64,000 bases of DNA from Thermoanaerobaculia bacterium. GTDB lineage: Bacteria > Acidobacteriota > Thermoanaerobaculia > UBA5066. The DNA lies in the NCBI GenBank assembly GCA_963816185.1, contig CAWFJJ010000028.1:1-64000 (forward strand), written 5' to 3'. The first letter of the stretch is position 1. Each line of letters begins with the position of its first letter. The notes below the pieces were generated by a model that saw only the letters and a program-made list of their open reading frames with translations, was not told the DNA's origin and did no database searches. Below, piece by piece: positions 49,342 through 62,000 of this stretch. The position numbers were made by a program, and so were the translations under genes.

Positions 49342-49791
49342 ATGAAATTGGTCCTGACCGACGACGTGAAAGGGCTGGGGCACCGGGGCGATGTGGTGAA
49401 CGTCGCCGAGGGCTACGGTCGGAACTTCCTGCTCCCGAAAGCGCTCGCGTACCCCGCCACGGACGGCAACGTGAAGCGGCTCGAGCAGGAAAAGAAGCGC
49501 TACGACGCGCGCATCGAGCACGAGAAGGACCAGGCCGCAGGTGTGGCGAAGTCCATCGAGGGCACGAAGATCGTCCTCCACAAGAAGGCGGGCGAAAACG
49601 ACGCGCTCTACGGCTCCGTGACCCCGTCGGAGGTGGCCGACGCGCTCGAGGCCAAAGGGATCACCGTCGACAAACGGAAGATCGATCTCGAGGAGCCCAT
49701 CAAGCGCCTCGGCACGCACACGGTCCACGTGAAGCTGCATCGCGACGTGATCGTGGGCCTGACCGTCGAGGTCCTGCCGGTCGTCGCCTGA
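49342..49791 (+). CDS. rplI: 50S ribosomal protein L9
   Basis: LG..GDVVNVAEGYGRNFLLP, LYGSVT, PIKRLG. Confidence 0.97.
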   Translation: MKLVLTDDVKGLGHRGDVVNVAEGYGRNFLLPKALAYPATDGNVKRLEQEKKRYDARIEHEKDQAAGVAKSIEGTKIVLHKKAGENDALYGSVTPSEVADALEAKGITVDKRKIDLEEPIKRLGTHTVHVKLHRDVIVGLTVEVLPVVA

Positions 49792-49816
49792 GCCGGGCGC
49801 CAACGGCGTTTCGTCT

Positions 49817-51541
49817 GTGAGGCCACGCCGCGCCGGGGTCTTCAGGTGGGTATTCGGGGTCGCCGCTTTCCTCGGCGCTTCGGCGGCGTGGACTGTGCCG
49901 GTTTCGGCGGACGGCCTCGAGGTTCTGCGGACGTCCTTCTCGCTCCTTTTCACGGGTTCGTTCCGGCTCCCTCCTCCGCCGCCCGGCGTGCGGGTCGACC
50001 CGTATCAGCACCGAAAGCTGCCTGGAGGAGAGCCGGGTTACGACGTTTCGTATCAGCCGCTTGGCTCCTTCGCGCGAACAGCGCTCCTCGCTCCCGTCGG
50101 CTTTGTGCCGGCGGGGGCCGTCCGCGGGCGCGTCGCCGACGCCGTTCTTCAGCTTCTGCCCATTTTGCTCACCGCGTTCGCGGTCGTGCCGCTCACACGT
50201 CTCGCCCGCTTAGCAGGGTGCTCTCGTCGCGCGGCGCCGGCGCTCGCGTCGATGCTTCTCGTCGCGACGTTTCTCGGCCCGCTCGGGCGGCTCGACTTTC
50301 CGGAGCCATCCCTCGTCCTCCTTTCCGTCTGGTCTCTCGAGCGGATCCTCGTGGCGCGCAGGCGGGAGGGTGCGCCCCGGCTGAAGGCCCTGGCGGCGGG
50401 CGGGGGCCTGGCCGGGCTCGCGCTGCTCGCGAAGCCCACGGCCTTCGTCCTCGTCCCGGCTCTCCTTCTTGCCGTCGCTCGGCCGCTTCGGAGGCCTGTC
50501 AGGGGTAGGGACTTAGCGACTTTCGCGGCCGGAATGTTCCCCGGTCTCGTCGCCTTCTTCACTTTGAACTGCGTGCGCTTCGGGAGCGCGCTGGACTTCG
50601 GGTATCGGTGGGGCGATTTGCCTTCCGGGGGCGAGCGCCTTCCGCTGCTGTGGACCGCTCTGCGCCTCACCCTGCTTCCGAACCGCGGCGTCTTCTGGTT
50701 CGCGCCGCTTCTCCTGCTCGCCCTGTTCATCCCGATGAGAAGTCGGCTCGCCGAGCCCCTGCGGACGGATTGCGGAGCCGCACTCATGGCTTCGGGCGGC
50801 TTCTTTGCAGCGAATCTCTGGTGGTGGGTTTGGGAAGGCGGATTCGGCTGGGGCCCGCGTCTCCTCGCTCCTGCCGTCGCGCTCTCGATCCCATGGCTCG
50901 CCGGGCGCGGGCGGGCTTGGCGTCGGGCCGCCTTCGGCCTGGCGCTTTTCGGATTCGTTCTCAATTTGCCGGCCTATTTGTTCGCCGAGCGCCGGCTCTA
51001 TTCGTTCGTCGAGCTGGGGCCGTCCCCCGGTGCTCCCGTGGGCCCCGTGATGCCGCGCCACCGGGCCCCCGACCATCCCGGAGACGTTCATCCGGCTCAG
51101 CGCCTTCATTACATTCCAGCGGCCGCGTCGTGGATCGAGGGCCCCCGGCTTCTTTTCGCGCTCGTCACGCAGGGCAACGGAAGAGAAACCGGGGACGTCG
51201 CGGGCGATGCGAGATCGGATTCCCTCGTGATCCGCCTCCTCCTCGGGAAGCCGGCCCTGCCCGCGATCTCCGGTGTGGGGCGGCTCCTCTTCGACGACGC
51301 CGAAATGGCGGCCGACGTTGAGCCGCAGCGCGCGCTGACGTTCGCGAGGGCGGCGATCGATTTCGGCGGTCCGCCGGTGGACACCAGAGCCTTTATTTCG
51401 ATGCTGCTTCTCCGACGTGGACGAGCCCTGGAGGCCGCGCGCGTCTGCCGTGAAGCTCTCGCGCTGGATCCCGGCCGTGCCGACCTCCGCTCGAACCTCG
51501 CGCTCGCGCAGAGAATGCTGGATAGTTCTCCCAAGAGGTGA
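49817..51541 (+). CDS. Multi-TM membrane protein (GT-C/ArnT-like) with C-terminal TPR
   Basis: Many TM helices, LAKP, N..RFG, WGPRLL, terminal TPR (ALALDPG). Confidence 0.6.
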   Translation: MRPRRAGVFRWVFGVAAFLGASAAWTVPVSADGLEVLRTSFSLLFTGSFRLPPPPPGVRVDPYQHRKLPGGEPGYDVSYQPLGSFARTALLAPVGFVPAGAVRGRVADAVLQLLPILLTAFAVVPLTRLARLAGCSRRAAPALASMLLVATFLGPLGRLDFPEPSLVLLSVWSLERILVARRREGAPRLKALAAGGGLAGLALLAKPTAFVLVPALLLAVARPLRRPVRGRDLATFAAGMFPGLVAFFTLNCVRFGSALDFGYRWGDLPSGGERLPLLWTALRLTLLPNRGVFWFAPLLLLALFIPMRSRLAEPLRTDCGAALMASGGFFAANLWWWVWEGGFGWGPRLLAPAVALSIPWLAGRGRAWRRAAFGLALFGFVLNLPAYLFAERRLYSFVELGPSPGAPVGPVMPRHRAPDHPGDVHPAQRLHYIPAAASWIEGPRLLFALVTQGNGRETGDVAGDARSDSLVIRLLLGKPALPAISGVGRLLFDDAEMAADVEPQRALTFARAAIDFGGPPVDTRAFISMLLLRRGRALEAARVCREALALDPGRADLRSNLALAQRMLDSSPKR

Positions 51542-51562
51542 CACCTGAGCCTGGCGAGTGGA

Positions 51563-54124
51563 ATGAAGTTGGGCCCCTACGAGATTCTCGCGCCTCTCGG
51601 GTCTGGCGGGATGGGAGAGGTCTACCGGGCGAAAGACCCGAGGCTCGCGAGAGATGTCGCGGTAAAGGTACTGCCGAGAGATTTCTTAGAAGGTGAAGAG
51701 AGGAAAGAACGCTTCGAGAGGGAAGCGAGGCTGCTTGCGGCGCTGAATCACCCGGGCATCGCTGCCATCTATTCATTCGAAGAAATCCCCGGTTCTCCCG
51801 GCTCCTCGGCAGTTCACGTTCTTACGATGGAGCTTCTCGAGGGGGAAACGCTCCGTGCGCGCCTCGCGTCCGGGCCGCTCCCCTTACGCAAGGCAGTGGA
51901 CTTCGCTGTCCAGATCGCCCGGGCTCTAGCTGCCGCGCACGAGAAGGGCGTTGTCCACCGGGACCTCAAGCCCGAGAACCTCTTCGTGACGAGGGACGGC
52001 CGGATCAAGATCCTCGACTTCGGCCTCGCGAAGTCCGTCGAAAAAGGTGCCGGATCCGGCGGCACGAACCTGCCGACTATGTCGAAAGGCACAGAGCCGG
52101 GCGCGGTCCTCGGGACGCTCGGCTACATGTCGCCCGAGCAGCTCCGCGGTCTGCCGACGGACCACCGGACCGACCTCTTCAGTTTCGGCGCCGTCCTGTA
52201 CGAGATGCTCTCCGGGCGCAAGGCGTTCCGGGGCGACACGGCGGCCGACACGGTCTCGGCGATCCTGCGCGAGGAGCCGCAGGACCTCTCAGCGACGAAT
52301 CGGACGATCCCGCCGGCCCTCGAGCGCATCGTGCGTCACTGCCTCGAGAAGAGCCCGGACGAGAGGGCACATTCCGCGCACGATCTCGCGTTCGACCTCG
52401 AGTCCCTTTCGACGGCGTCCTCGGGCGCCGTGCCGGCCTCCGTTCCCCGGATTGCGGTCCGCCGGCCGCGGGCGGGCCAGATCCTCGCGGCCGCGGCGTG
52501 CGTCGCCGCGGGCGTCGTCGCCGGCCGGCTTCTCTGGAAAACAGCCGCGCCGGCCCCACCGACGTTTCACCGGCTCACGTTCCGGCGCGGGAACGTCCTC
52601 TCGGCGCGCTTCGCTCCGGACGGGCGGACGATCGTTTACGGTGCGGCCTGGGGAGGCAATCCGTCCGAGATCTACACGGTTCGGACGGAGGGACCCGAGT
52701 CGCGGCCGCTCGGCCTTCCGAACGCGACGGTCGCTTCAGTGTCGTCGACGGGCGAGCTCGCAATGTTCTCGCGCGAGGGGATGACGACGATGGGGGCTTG
52801 GGCCACGCTCTCTCGCGTGCCACTCGCGGGCGGCGCTCCGAGGCCGCTCCTCGAGGAGGTCGGCGCGGCCGACTGGACGCCCGACGGCAAGGAGCTCGCC
52901 GTCATGCGGGTCCGCGAGGGGGGAGGGCGCCGCCTCGAGCTCCCAGCGGGCAAGACGCTCTTCGAGACGAAAAAGAGAACGGAGGGGCTGCGCGTCTCGC
53001 CGGACGGCAAGCACGTCGCAATCGCGGAAGTGGACGGCGAGAAGACTTCGCTCGTCGTCGTGGACCTCGCCGGCAAGGCCCGCACGGTCGTCGGACCCTT
53101 GCAGGTCCTCGTGGGGACGTTCGCGTGGCTTCCGTCGGGGCGCGAGATCCTGTTCTACGGCGGCGCCTCCCGCGACGACACCGCCCTGCGCGCCGTCGAC
53201 CTTTCCGGACGCGTGCGCACGCTCTATCGGTCCACCGGGGTCCTCTTCGTGCACGACGTGTTCCCGGACGGGCGGGTGCTCGTCGAGCACGCGATGAGCC
53301 TCCGGGGCCTCATGTTCGCGCGCGCCTCGGACGGGCAGGAGACGGACCTCTCGTGGTTCGACTCCTCGAATGTCGCGGACGTCTCCATCGGGGGGAAGGC
53401 CCTCCTTTTCAACGAAGAGGGCGAGGCGACGGGCGGGACGCCGCGCGCGTTCTTCCGGAGGACGGACGGCTCGCCGGCCGTGCGGATCGGCGACGGCGCC
53501 GGGCTCGCTCTCTCACCGGACGCGAGCCGCGCGCTCGTGCGGGAAGGCGACGGCGTCGCGGTCGTCCCCGTGGGAGCCGGCACGCCGCAGCGTCTCGCGC
53601 TCGGGCCCGTCGCGGACGTGACGGGCGCGACGTTCTTCGCCGACGGAAAGAGGATCCTTCTCTACGGTTCCGAGAAGGGGAAGGGCCCTCGGTTCTGGAT
53701 CGTCGAGCCGCCTGCCGAACCGCGCGCGGTCACGCCCGAGAACACGCTGGGCGCCGCGGGTCTCCTGTCACCCGACGGCCTGAGGGTCGTCGTGTGGTCC
53801 GCGGACACGTCCATCCTCTCGATCCTTCCGCTCGGCGGCGGGCCAGCGGTCGCGCTCGCGGGCACCGAGCACGACGACCCGATCGCTTGGACGCCGGACG
53901 GACGGGGGCTGTACGTGAGGCCAGGAGGCGGAGAGTCCGGCCGGATCGAGATCCTCGACGTGACCACGCGGACCCGCAAGCCCTGGAAAATTCTCGCCCC
54001 GCCGGACCCGGCGAGCGTCTCGGAGATCTCATCGGGCGCGTTCGCCCGCGACGGCTCGGCGTACGCATACACGTATCGGCGCGTCCTGACGTCGGACCTC
54101 TACGTCGTCGAGGGCCTGAAGTGA
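51563..54124 (+). CDS. Ser/Thr protein kinase with TM and PD40/beta-propeller domain
   Basis: GSGGMGEVY, VAVK, HRDLKPEN, DFG, YMSPEQ; repeated SPDG/WTPDG. Confidence 0.95.
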   Translation: MKLGPYEILAPLGSGGMGEVYRAKDPRLARDVAVKVLPRDFLEGEERKERFEREARLLAALNHPGIAAIYSFEEIPGSPGSSAVHVLTMELLEGETLRARLASGPLPLRKAVDFAVQIARALAAAHEKGVVHRDLKPENLFVTRDGRIKILDFGLAKSVEKGAGSGGTNLPTMSKGTEPGAVLGTLGYMSPEQLRGLPTDHRTDLFSFGAVLYEMLSGRKAFRGDTAADTVSAILREEPQDLSATNRTIPPALERIVRHCLEKSPDERAHSAHDLAFDLESLSTASSGAVPASVPRIAVRRPRAGQILAAAACVAAGVVAGRLLWKTAAPAPPTFHRLTFRRGNVLSARFAPDGRTIVYGAAWGGNPSEIYTVRTEGPESRPLGLPNATVASVSSTGELAMFSREGMTTMGAWATLSRVPLAGGAPRPLLEEVGAADWTPDGKELAVMRVREGGGRRLELPAGKTLFETKKRTEGLRVSPDGKHVAIAEVDGEKTSLVVVDLAGKARTVVGPLQVLVGTFAWLPSGREILFYGGASRDDTALRAVDLSGRVRTLYRSTGVLFVHDVFPDGRVLVEHAMSLRGLMFARASDGQETDLSWFDSSNVADVSIGGKALLFNEEGEATGGTPRAFFRRTDGSPAVRIGDGAGLALSPDASRALVREGDGVAVVPVGAGTPQRLALGPVADVTGATFFADGKRILLYGSEKGKGPRFWIVEPPAEPRAVTPENTLGAAGLLSPDGLRVVVWSADTSILSILPLGGGPAVALAGTEHDDPIAWTPDGRGLYVRPGGGESGRIEILDVTTRTRKPWKILAPPDPASVSEISSGAFARDGSAYAYTYRRVLTSDLYVVEGLK
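51677..51787. repeat. Forward/reverse pair of the dispersed motif inside the kinase gene
   Basis: AGAGATTTCTTAGAAGGTGAAGAG (51677) and CTATTCATTCGAAGAAATC (51769). Confidence 0.85.
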
Positions 54125-54127
54125 CGG

Positions 54128-56527
54128 TCAGCCCGGTGGCCCGGGGCCGGGCTTCGGCGGCGGCGCTGCGAGCTTCGGGGCGTCCGTCACGGTGACCTCG
54201 TCGCCTTTCGTCTCGCCGCGCTTCGGCGAGTACATCGCGCGCTGGAGGTACTGAGGGAGGTTCGCCACCGCGTGCGGCTGGTCGCCGCAGAGCTCCGTGG
54301 GCTGCGTGCCGTTGATGAACGCCATGAGCACGACCTTCGCGCAGGAAGGCGTCGCCCGGTATCCGGTCGATTCGTCCACCGGGACGAGGACCACGCCTTG
54401 CGGCATCTCGAAATCCTCGCCTTGGGTCACGAGGCCGGCGTCCCTCATCTTCTCGACGATCCGGATGAAGACCGGCAGGGCCACGTCGGCGCCCGCGGAC
54501 CTGGGTCCGAGAGTCTTCTTCGTGTCATGCCCGATCCACACGGCGATCGTGTGGCGCGGCGTCATCCCGATGAACCAGGCGTCCGTGAAGTCGTTCGTCG
54601 TGCCCGTCTTGCCGGCGAGCGGAAGCTTGAGCCGTGCCGCGGACGCCGCGGTTCCGCGCGCCACGACTCCCCTCATCATGTTCAGGAGGACGTAGGCCGC
54701 GGCGGGCGACGTGGCCTCCTTCGGCTCGGGCGTGTTCTGCTCGAGGACGATCCCGTCCGCATTTCGGATTCGCTCGACGAGGTAGGGCTTGTACGACACG
54801 CCGCCGCTCGCGATCGCGGAGTAGGCCGCGGCCATCTCCAGCGGCGTCACCTCGAAAGAGCCGAGGGCGAGCGAGGGATAGGCGAGGAGGGTCTGCCGGA
54901 CTCCGAGCCGGCGCGCCGCCTCGATGACTTTTCTCGTGTTGACGAGGAGGTCCACGCGCACGGTCGCGACGTTCAAAGAATGCTCGAGCGCGTACTGGTA
55001 CGTCACGATACCGTTGTACCTGCGCTCGTAATTCTGCGGCTGCCAGGGCGGCTGCTTCGGGTCGATGACGATCGAGAGCGGTGCGTCGAGCACCGTGTCC
55101 GCGGGCGTGAAGCCCTGCTCGATGGCCGCCAGGTACACCGCCGGCTTGAATGCGGAGCCGACCTGCCGGAGCGCCTGCACGGCCCGGTCGAACTTCGAGC
55201 GGTTGAAGTCGTATCCCCCGGTGAGCGCACGCACCGCGCCGGTGCCGTTCTCGAGGATGACGACCGCTCCTTCGACACGCGGGTCCTGCGCGACGAGCGT
55301 CTCTTCCTTGCCCGCTTCGTTGACGGACTTCTCGATCTGGATCACGTCTCCCCGCTTGACGGCCTTCGCGGGGCTCTCGGCGCGCGTCCACCGGAAAGCG
55401 GCCGCGGGGACGGTGAACCTCTTCGTGTCGACGCGCACCTCGGCTCCGGCCTTCGTGGCCGAGAGGACGACGGCGGTGAGCGTGTCGGAGGGGGGGACGC
55501 CCTCGGCCCAGGACGGATCGCGGTACTTCTCGGGGTCGATCCCTTCGGCCACGAGGTTGCGTGGCTTGCGGAAGCCCGACCGCCGGTCGACGCGCCGCAG
55601 ACCCTGGCGCAGGGCCTCCTCCGCCCAGGTCTCGAGCCGCGGGTCGAGCGTCGTGTCGACGCGCAGACCCTCGCGGTAAAGGTCTCCTTCCCCGTACTCC
55701 TTCTCGAGGTACTGGCGGACCTCCTCGCAGAAGTAGAGGCCGAGCGTCGTCTCGCGCGACGAGCGGATGACCTCCACGGGAGCTCCCTGAGCGGCGGCGC
55801 GCTGCGCGTCCGAGATAAAGCTCTCCTCGGCCATGCGGCGGAGGACGAAGTCGCGCCGGTTCTTCGCGGCGGTCGCGTTGTTGAACGGCGAATAGTACGC
55901 GGGGCGCTGAATGAGGCCTGCGAGCAGCGCCGCCTCGGGCAGCGAGAGGGTCTTCGCGCCGTGTCCGAAGTACCAACGCGAGGCCGCTTCGACTCCGTAG
56001 GTTCCATGTCCGAACGGAATCTGGTTCAGGTACATCGTCAGGATCTGGTCCTTCGAGAACTCTTTCTCGATCTCGACGGTGAGAAAGACCTCGTTGATCT
56101 TCCGGGCCCACGTCTTCTCGGGCGTCAGAAACACGGCACGCGCGAGCTGCTGCGTCAGGGTGGACGCGCCCTGCGACATCCTGCGCGTCGCGAGGTCCCG
56201 GATCGCCGCGCCGCCGATGCGGATGAGGTCGATGCCGCTGTGATCGTAAAAGCGCGCGTCCTCGGCGGCGAGGAGCGCCTTGACCATCACGTCCGGGATC
56301 TCGGGCCGTTCGATGAGCATGCGGCGCTCGATTGCGAAGCGCGCGATGACGGAGCCGTCCGAGCCGCGCAGCTCGGTGATGATGTCGGGACGGTACGTCG
56401 CGAGCTCGGACACCTTCGGGACGCGGATCACGCGCGACAGGGCGTATCCGGCGCCCGCGCCGAGGCCGGCCGTCAGAAGGACCGGCAGGAAAAGGACGGC
56501 CAATGCCGCCGCGCGGCGCGCGCTCAC
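54128..56527 (-). CDS. mrcA: Penicillin-binding protein 1A family
   Basis: EDARFY.H.G, GASTLTQQL, SAFK (SxxK), SLN (SxN), KTG. Confidence 0.9.
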   Translation of the reverse strand: MSARRAAALAVLFLPVLLTAGLGAGAGYALSRVIRVPKVSELATYRPDIITELRGSDGSVIARFAIERRMLIERPEIPDVMVKALLAAEDARFYDHSGIDLIRIGGAAIRDLATRRMSQGASTLTQQLARAVFLTPEKTWARKINEVFLTVEIEKEFSKDQILTMYLNQIPFGHGTYGVEAASRWYFGHGAKTLSLPEAALLAGLIQRPAYYSPFNNATAAKNRRDFVLRRMAEESFISDAQRAAAQGAPVEVIRSSRETTLGLYFCEEVRQYLEKEYGEGDLYREGLRVDTTLDPRLETWAEEALRQGLRRVDRRSGFRKPRNLVAEGIDPEKYRDPSWAEGVPPSDTLTAVVLSATKAGAEVRVDTKRFTVPAAAFRWTRAESPAKAVKRGDVIQIEKSVNEAGKEETLVAQDPRVEGAVVILENGTGAVRALTGGYDFNRSKFDRAVQALRQVGSAFKPAVYLAAIEQGFTPADTVLDAPLSIVIDPKQPPWQPQNYERRYNGIVTYQYALEHSLNVATVRVDLLVNTRKVIEAARRLGVRQTLLAYPSLALGSFEVTPLEMAAAYSAIASGGVSYKPYLVERIRNADGIVLEQNTPEPKEATSPAAAYVLLNMMRGVVARGTAASAARLKLPLAGKTGTTNDFTDAWFIGMTPRHTIAVWIGHDTKKTLGPRSAGADVALPVFIRIVEKMRDAGLVTQGEDFEMPQGVVLVPVDESTGYRATPSCAKVVLMAFINGTQPTELCGDQPHAVANLPQYLQRAMYSPKRGETKGDEVTVTDAPKLAAPPPKPGPGPPG

Positions 56528-56559
56528 GTCTCATTCTCGCACGTGGTAATTTCGCGCCG

Positions 56560-57003
56560 ATGGCCGAGACGCCTCCTCCGATTTCCCCCGCGGCCGGGCC
56601 GCCCCCGCAGGCTCCCGTGGTGCTGCCCCCTCTCGAGGACGCAGCGATTCGGGCGCGCCGGCAGGGCTGCCTGAAGTGGGGCCTCGTCGGGTGCGCCGGC
56701 GCCTCGGTGGCCGTGATCATCGGCCTCCTTTTCCTCATGAACAACGCGAAGAAGCTGATGGACTTCGCGTTCGACCAGATGGGCGACCAGATCGTCGCCG
56801 CCTGCGCTCCGGACGTGACGCCCGCCGAGAAGGAAGAGTTCCGGGCGGCGATGAAGTCTTTCGCGGCGAAGGCGAAGGACCGCAAGGTGACGGCGCAGCA
56901 GGTCGCCGCGTTCCAGGGCCGTGTGAAGGCGGCCGTCGCCGACAACCGGGTCACGGCGGAGGAGCTGCGCGCCCTCACGGCCTTCTTGAAGGACCCGACC
57001 TGA
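56560..57003 (+). CDS. Hypothetical single-TM protein
   Basis: Pro-rich start, [12 protein letters not shown], good codon usage. Confidence 0.65.
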   Translation: MAETPPPISPAAGPPPQAPVVLPPLEDAAIRARRQGCLKWGLVGCAGASVAVIIGLLFLMNNAKKLMDFAFDQMGDQIVAACAPDVTPAEKEEFRAAMKSFAAKAKDRKVTAQQVAAFQGRVKAAVADNRVTAEELRALTAFLKDPT

Positions 57004-57025
57004 GGAAATCGCCGCGCCAGAGTCC

Positions 57026-59008
<1,983 letters not shown>

Positions 59009-59040
59009 CGTGTTTGACCGCTGACCGTCTCGGCGACAGA

Positions 59041-62000
59041 ATGACAAGAGCGCGCGAGACTCAATTGAGACGCAATTTGGCTTTTGTCCTATTGCTGGTC
59101 GCTCTGCCGGTGCGCGCGGGGGAGCTAACAGGGCGGCTGACGTTGAACGACCGGCCCGCAGCCGGGATCACCGTTTTCGCCGTGCCGCACGAAACGTCCC
59201 TCGAAGAGGACCGCCGCGAGGCGCGGCGCGAGCTGCGGCCGAAGGCGATCGCAAAGACCGTCACGAATGCGAAAGGCGAGTGGCGGTTCGTTTTCGAAGT
59301 CCCACTTGGCCAGCCCGGGAAGATCGTGGAGCTCCGTTACTCTGGTCCGGGCGTCGCGCGCGGCGCGATCTCCGGGATCTGGGACACGGCCGATTCCGAC
59401 GACGGCGGGGAGACGGTGCTCCGGAAGGGTGCGACTCTCTCCGGCCGCGTCGTGGACGCCGGCGGGCACCCGGTCGCCGAGGCGGAAGTCCTTCATCCGG
59501 GCGGCGGAGATTCCGTTCATACGGACGCCGAAGGAAGATTCGTGCTCGAAGGAGTCGCCGAGTCCGGGAGCGACGTCACGGTGCGAAAACTGGGGTATGC
59601 GACCGCGAAGGCGGCGGGCCTCCGGAGCGGCGTCCGCGGCGGCCGTCGTTCTGCGTCCTGGTCTGCCGCTCGCGGGCGTCGTTCTCGCAATGGACGGAAA
59701 GACTCCGGTGAAAGGCGCCATCGTGCGCGTCGAGCTCAAGGACGCTGCAACATTCGCCGAATCGGACGCGGAGGGCCGGTTCGCGGTCCACGAGCTTTCG
59801 CCCGGTCGCGTTCTCGTGGCGGTCGACGGCGGCGAGCGCGGAATCCGGGAGGTCACGGGCATCGCGATCCCGCGGCCTCCGGACACGCTCGTCAAAGTTG
59901 TCCTTGCGCCAGCGCCCAGCCTGCGCGGGCGGGCGCTCGATGCCACGACGCGCAAGGCCATCGCGGGCGCGTACGTCGACGCGGCCTCGGGCCGGCGGCA
60001 CCTCTGGACGCGCTCCGGAGCCGACGGGTCGTTCGTCGTCCGCCCGGCTCCGGCTGGCGACTGGGTCCTCGGAGCGGTCGCCCCGGGCTACGTCCAGACG
60101 ACGCGGCGGTTCGCGCGCGCGCAGCTCACGGACAAACCCGTGGAGATATTTCTCCGGCAGGGCGTGACCCTCTCCGGGCGCGTCACGGACGAGCAGCGCC
60201 GGCCCGTTGCCGCGGCGAAGGTCAGGACCGTGGAGTCCTCGGTCCGGGGCTTCGCCCCGACCCCGGCTCGTGTCATGGCGATCACTGCGACGGACGGGAC
60301 CTTCACGCTGCGGCGTGTCTCGGCCGTCGAAACCATGCGTCTCGTCGCCACGCATCCCGACTTCGAGCCGGCGTCGATCGGCAATCTCGGGCTCAAACCG
60401 GGCGAGACGCGGGCCGGCGTTGCCATTGCGCTGCGCCGCGGGGTGGTCCTGACGGGGGTTGCGAAATCCGGGGACGCGCCGCTCCCGGGTGTGCGGGTGA
60501 TCGTGACGCCCGGCCGCGGAGGGTCGGGCGCTCCGCCACGCTCTCTCGCCGGGCCGCAGTGGAGCTGGCCGCGCGCGATCACCGGCGCCGACGGACACTT
60601 TCGAATCGGGGGCCTCGCGCCCGGGGATTACACGGTGACGGCCTCGAAGACCGGATACGCCAGTGACAGCCGTCCCGGCATCGTCATCGCCGAAGGCCGT
60701 GGCGCCGCAGCCCCTGTCATTCCTCCTCGGGCCGGAGGCGATCATCGCAGGGAGCGTTCGGGGCAAGCGCGGCACGGGCGTCGCGGAGCAGTACGTCAGG
60801 GCGCAGGCCGCTGATGCAGCCATCGCCAGCAGTGGCTCCGCGCGGACGCTCGCCGATGGAAGCTTCCGGATCGAGGGCCTCAAGCCGGGCGTGACGTACA
60901 CACTCGCCCTTTCTTCAGGGTCGCCCGGCGGACAGCAGAAATCCATCGTGGCGCCCGGCAGAGGGCGTCGAAATAACAGCGGCAGGAACGGGACGCATCG
61001 AGGGCCGGGTCGTGGACGCGGAGGGAAGGCCGGTGCCGGAGTTCCAGGCCACCGCACAGAACGACTAGAGCAGCAGCGGCTACAGCTATGTGAGCCCCGT
61101 GAAGCAGGACGTGTCCTCCGAGGCCGGGGAGTTCGTCTTCGAGAACGCCCCTGCGGCCGTCCTCGAGATGCGCATCATCGCGAAGGGATATCAGCCTGCG
61201 CGCGTGGGTGGAATCGCCGTGGAGGAGGGCGAGACGCGCTCCGGCGTCGAAGTCAGGCTGTCGCGAGGCGCGACACTTCGCGGGCGCGTCCTCGAGGCGA
61301 AAAGCGGAGGCCCGTGCCCGACGTCGAAGTCGTCGCGGAGTCCGCGCCGTCAGGCGCCGCGACGGATGCGGACGGCGCGTTCTCGATCGAGGGCCTCCCG
61401 CCAGGGAAGGTCCGCGTCACGGCGAACAGCCCGGAATACGCGTCGGCGAGCGAGGTCGCCGAGGTGGGAGAAAACGGAGGCACGGTGGAGCTGAAGCTCT
61501 CGACGGGCGCATCCGTCTCAGCCGCCGTCGTGTCGTCCGGAGGCGAGCCGCAGGCGGGCGCGGAGGCGACTCTGGCGCAGGCGGGCCAGAATTCCTACGG
61601 CGGAACGAGGGCCATCGCGGGGCCGGACGGCCGCGTGCTCTTCTCGCACCTCGCGCCGGGGCGCTACACGCTGACGGCAGGAACCGGCGGCCGGCGCGCG
61701 AAGCCGGTGGACGTCACGCTCGTGGCTGACCAGGTTCGCGACGACATCCGCGCCGTCATCGGCGGCGGCGCGACGGTTCTCGTGACGGTCACCGGGCTTT
61801 CGCCGGACGAGCAGAGGCAGGTCTCGGTTGATCTATCAGCCTCCAGCAGCTACCTCAGCGCGAACGACCTGTCCGACGGCCGCTTCGAGGTGCGGGACGT
61901 CCCGGCCGGCCCGGCGATGGCGATCGCACGGGTCGGCGCGCCCACGGATGCGGGAGGCCGCTACGTGACTCGGCCGGTGACGGTACCGGAGGACGGCACC

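Noticed and set aside
688-51787. Dispersed motif as a CRISPR repeat or as KOPS/Chi-like polar sites
   Set aside because: There is no regular repeat-spacer period and no cas gene. Both orientations occur at similar frequency, unlike replichore-polarised motifs.
57004-57025. SOS box before uvrB
   Set aside because: The gap is only ~22 bp and shares no dyad with the lexA upstream region.
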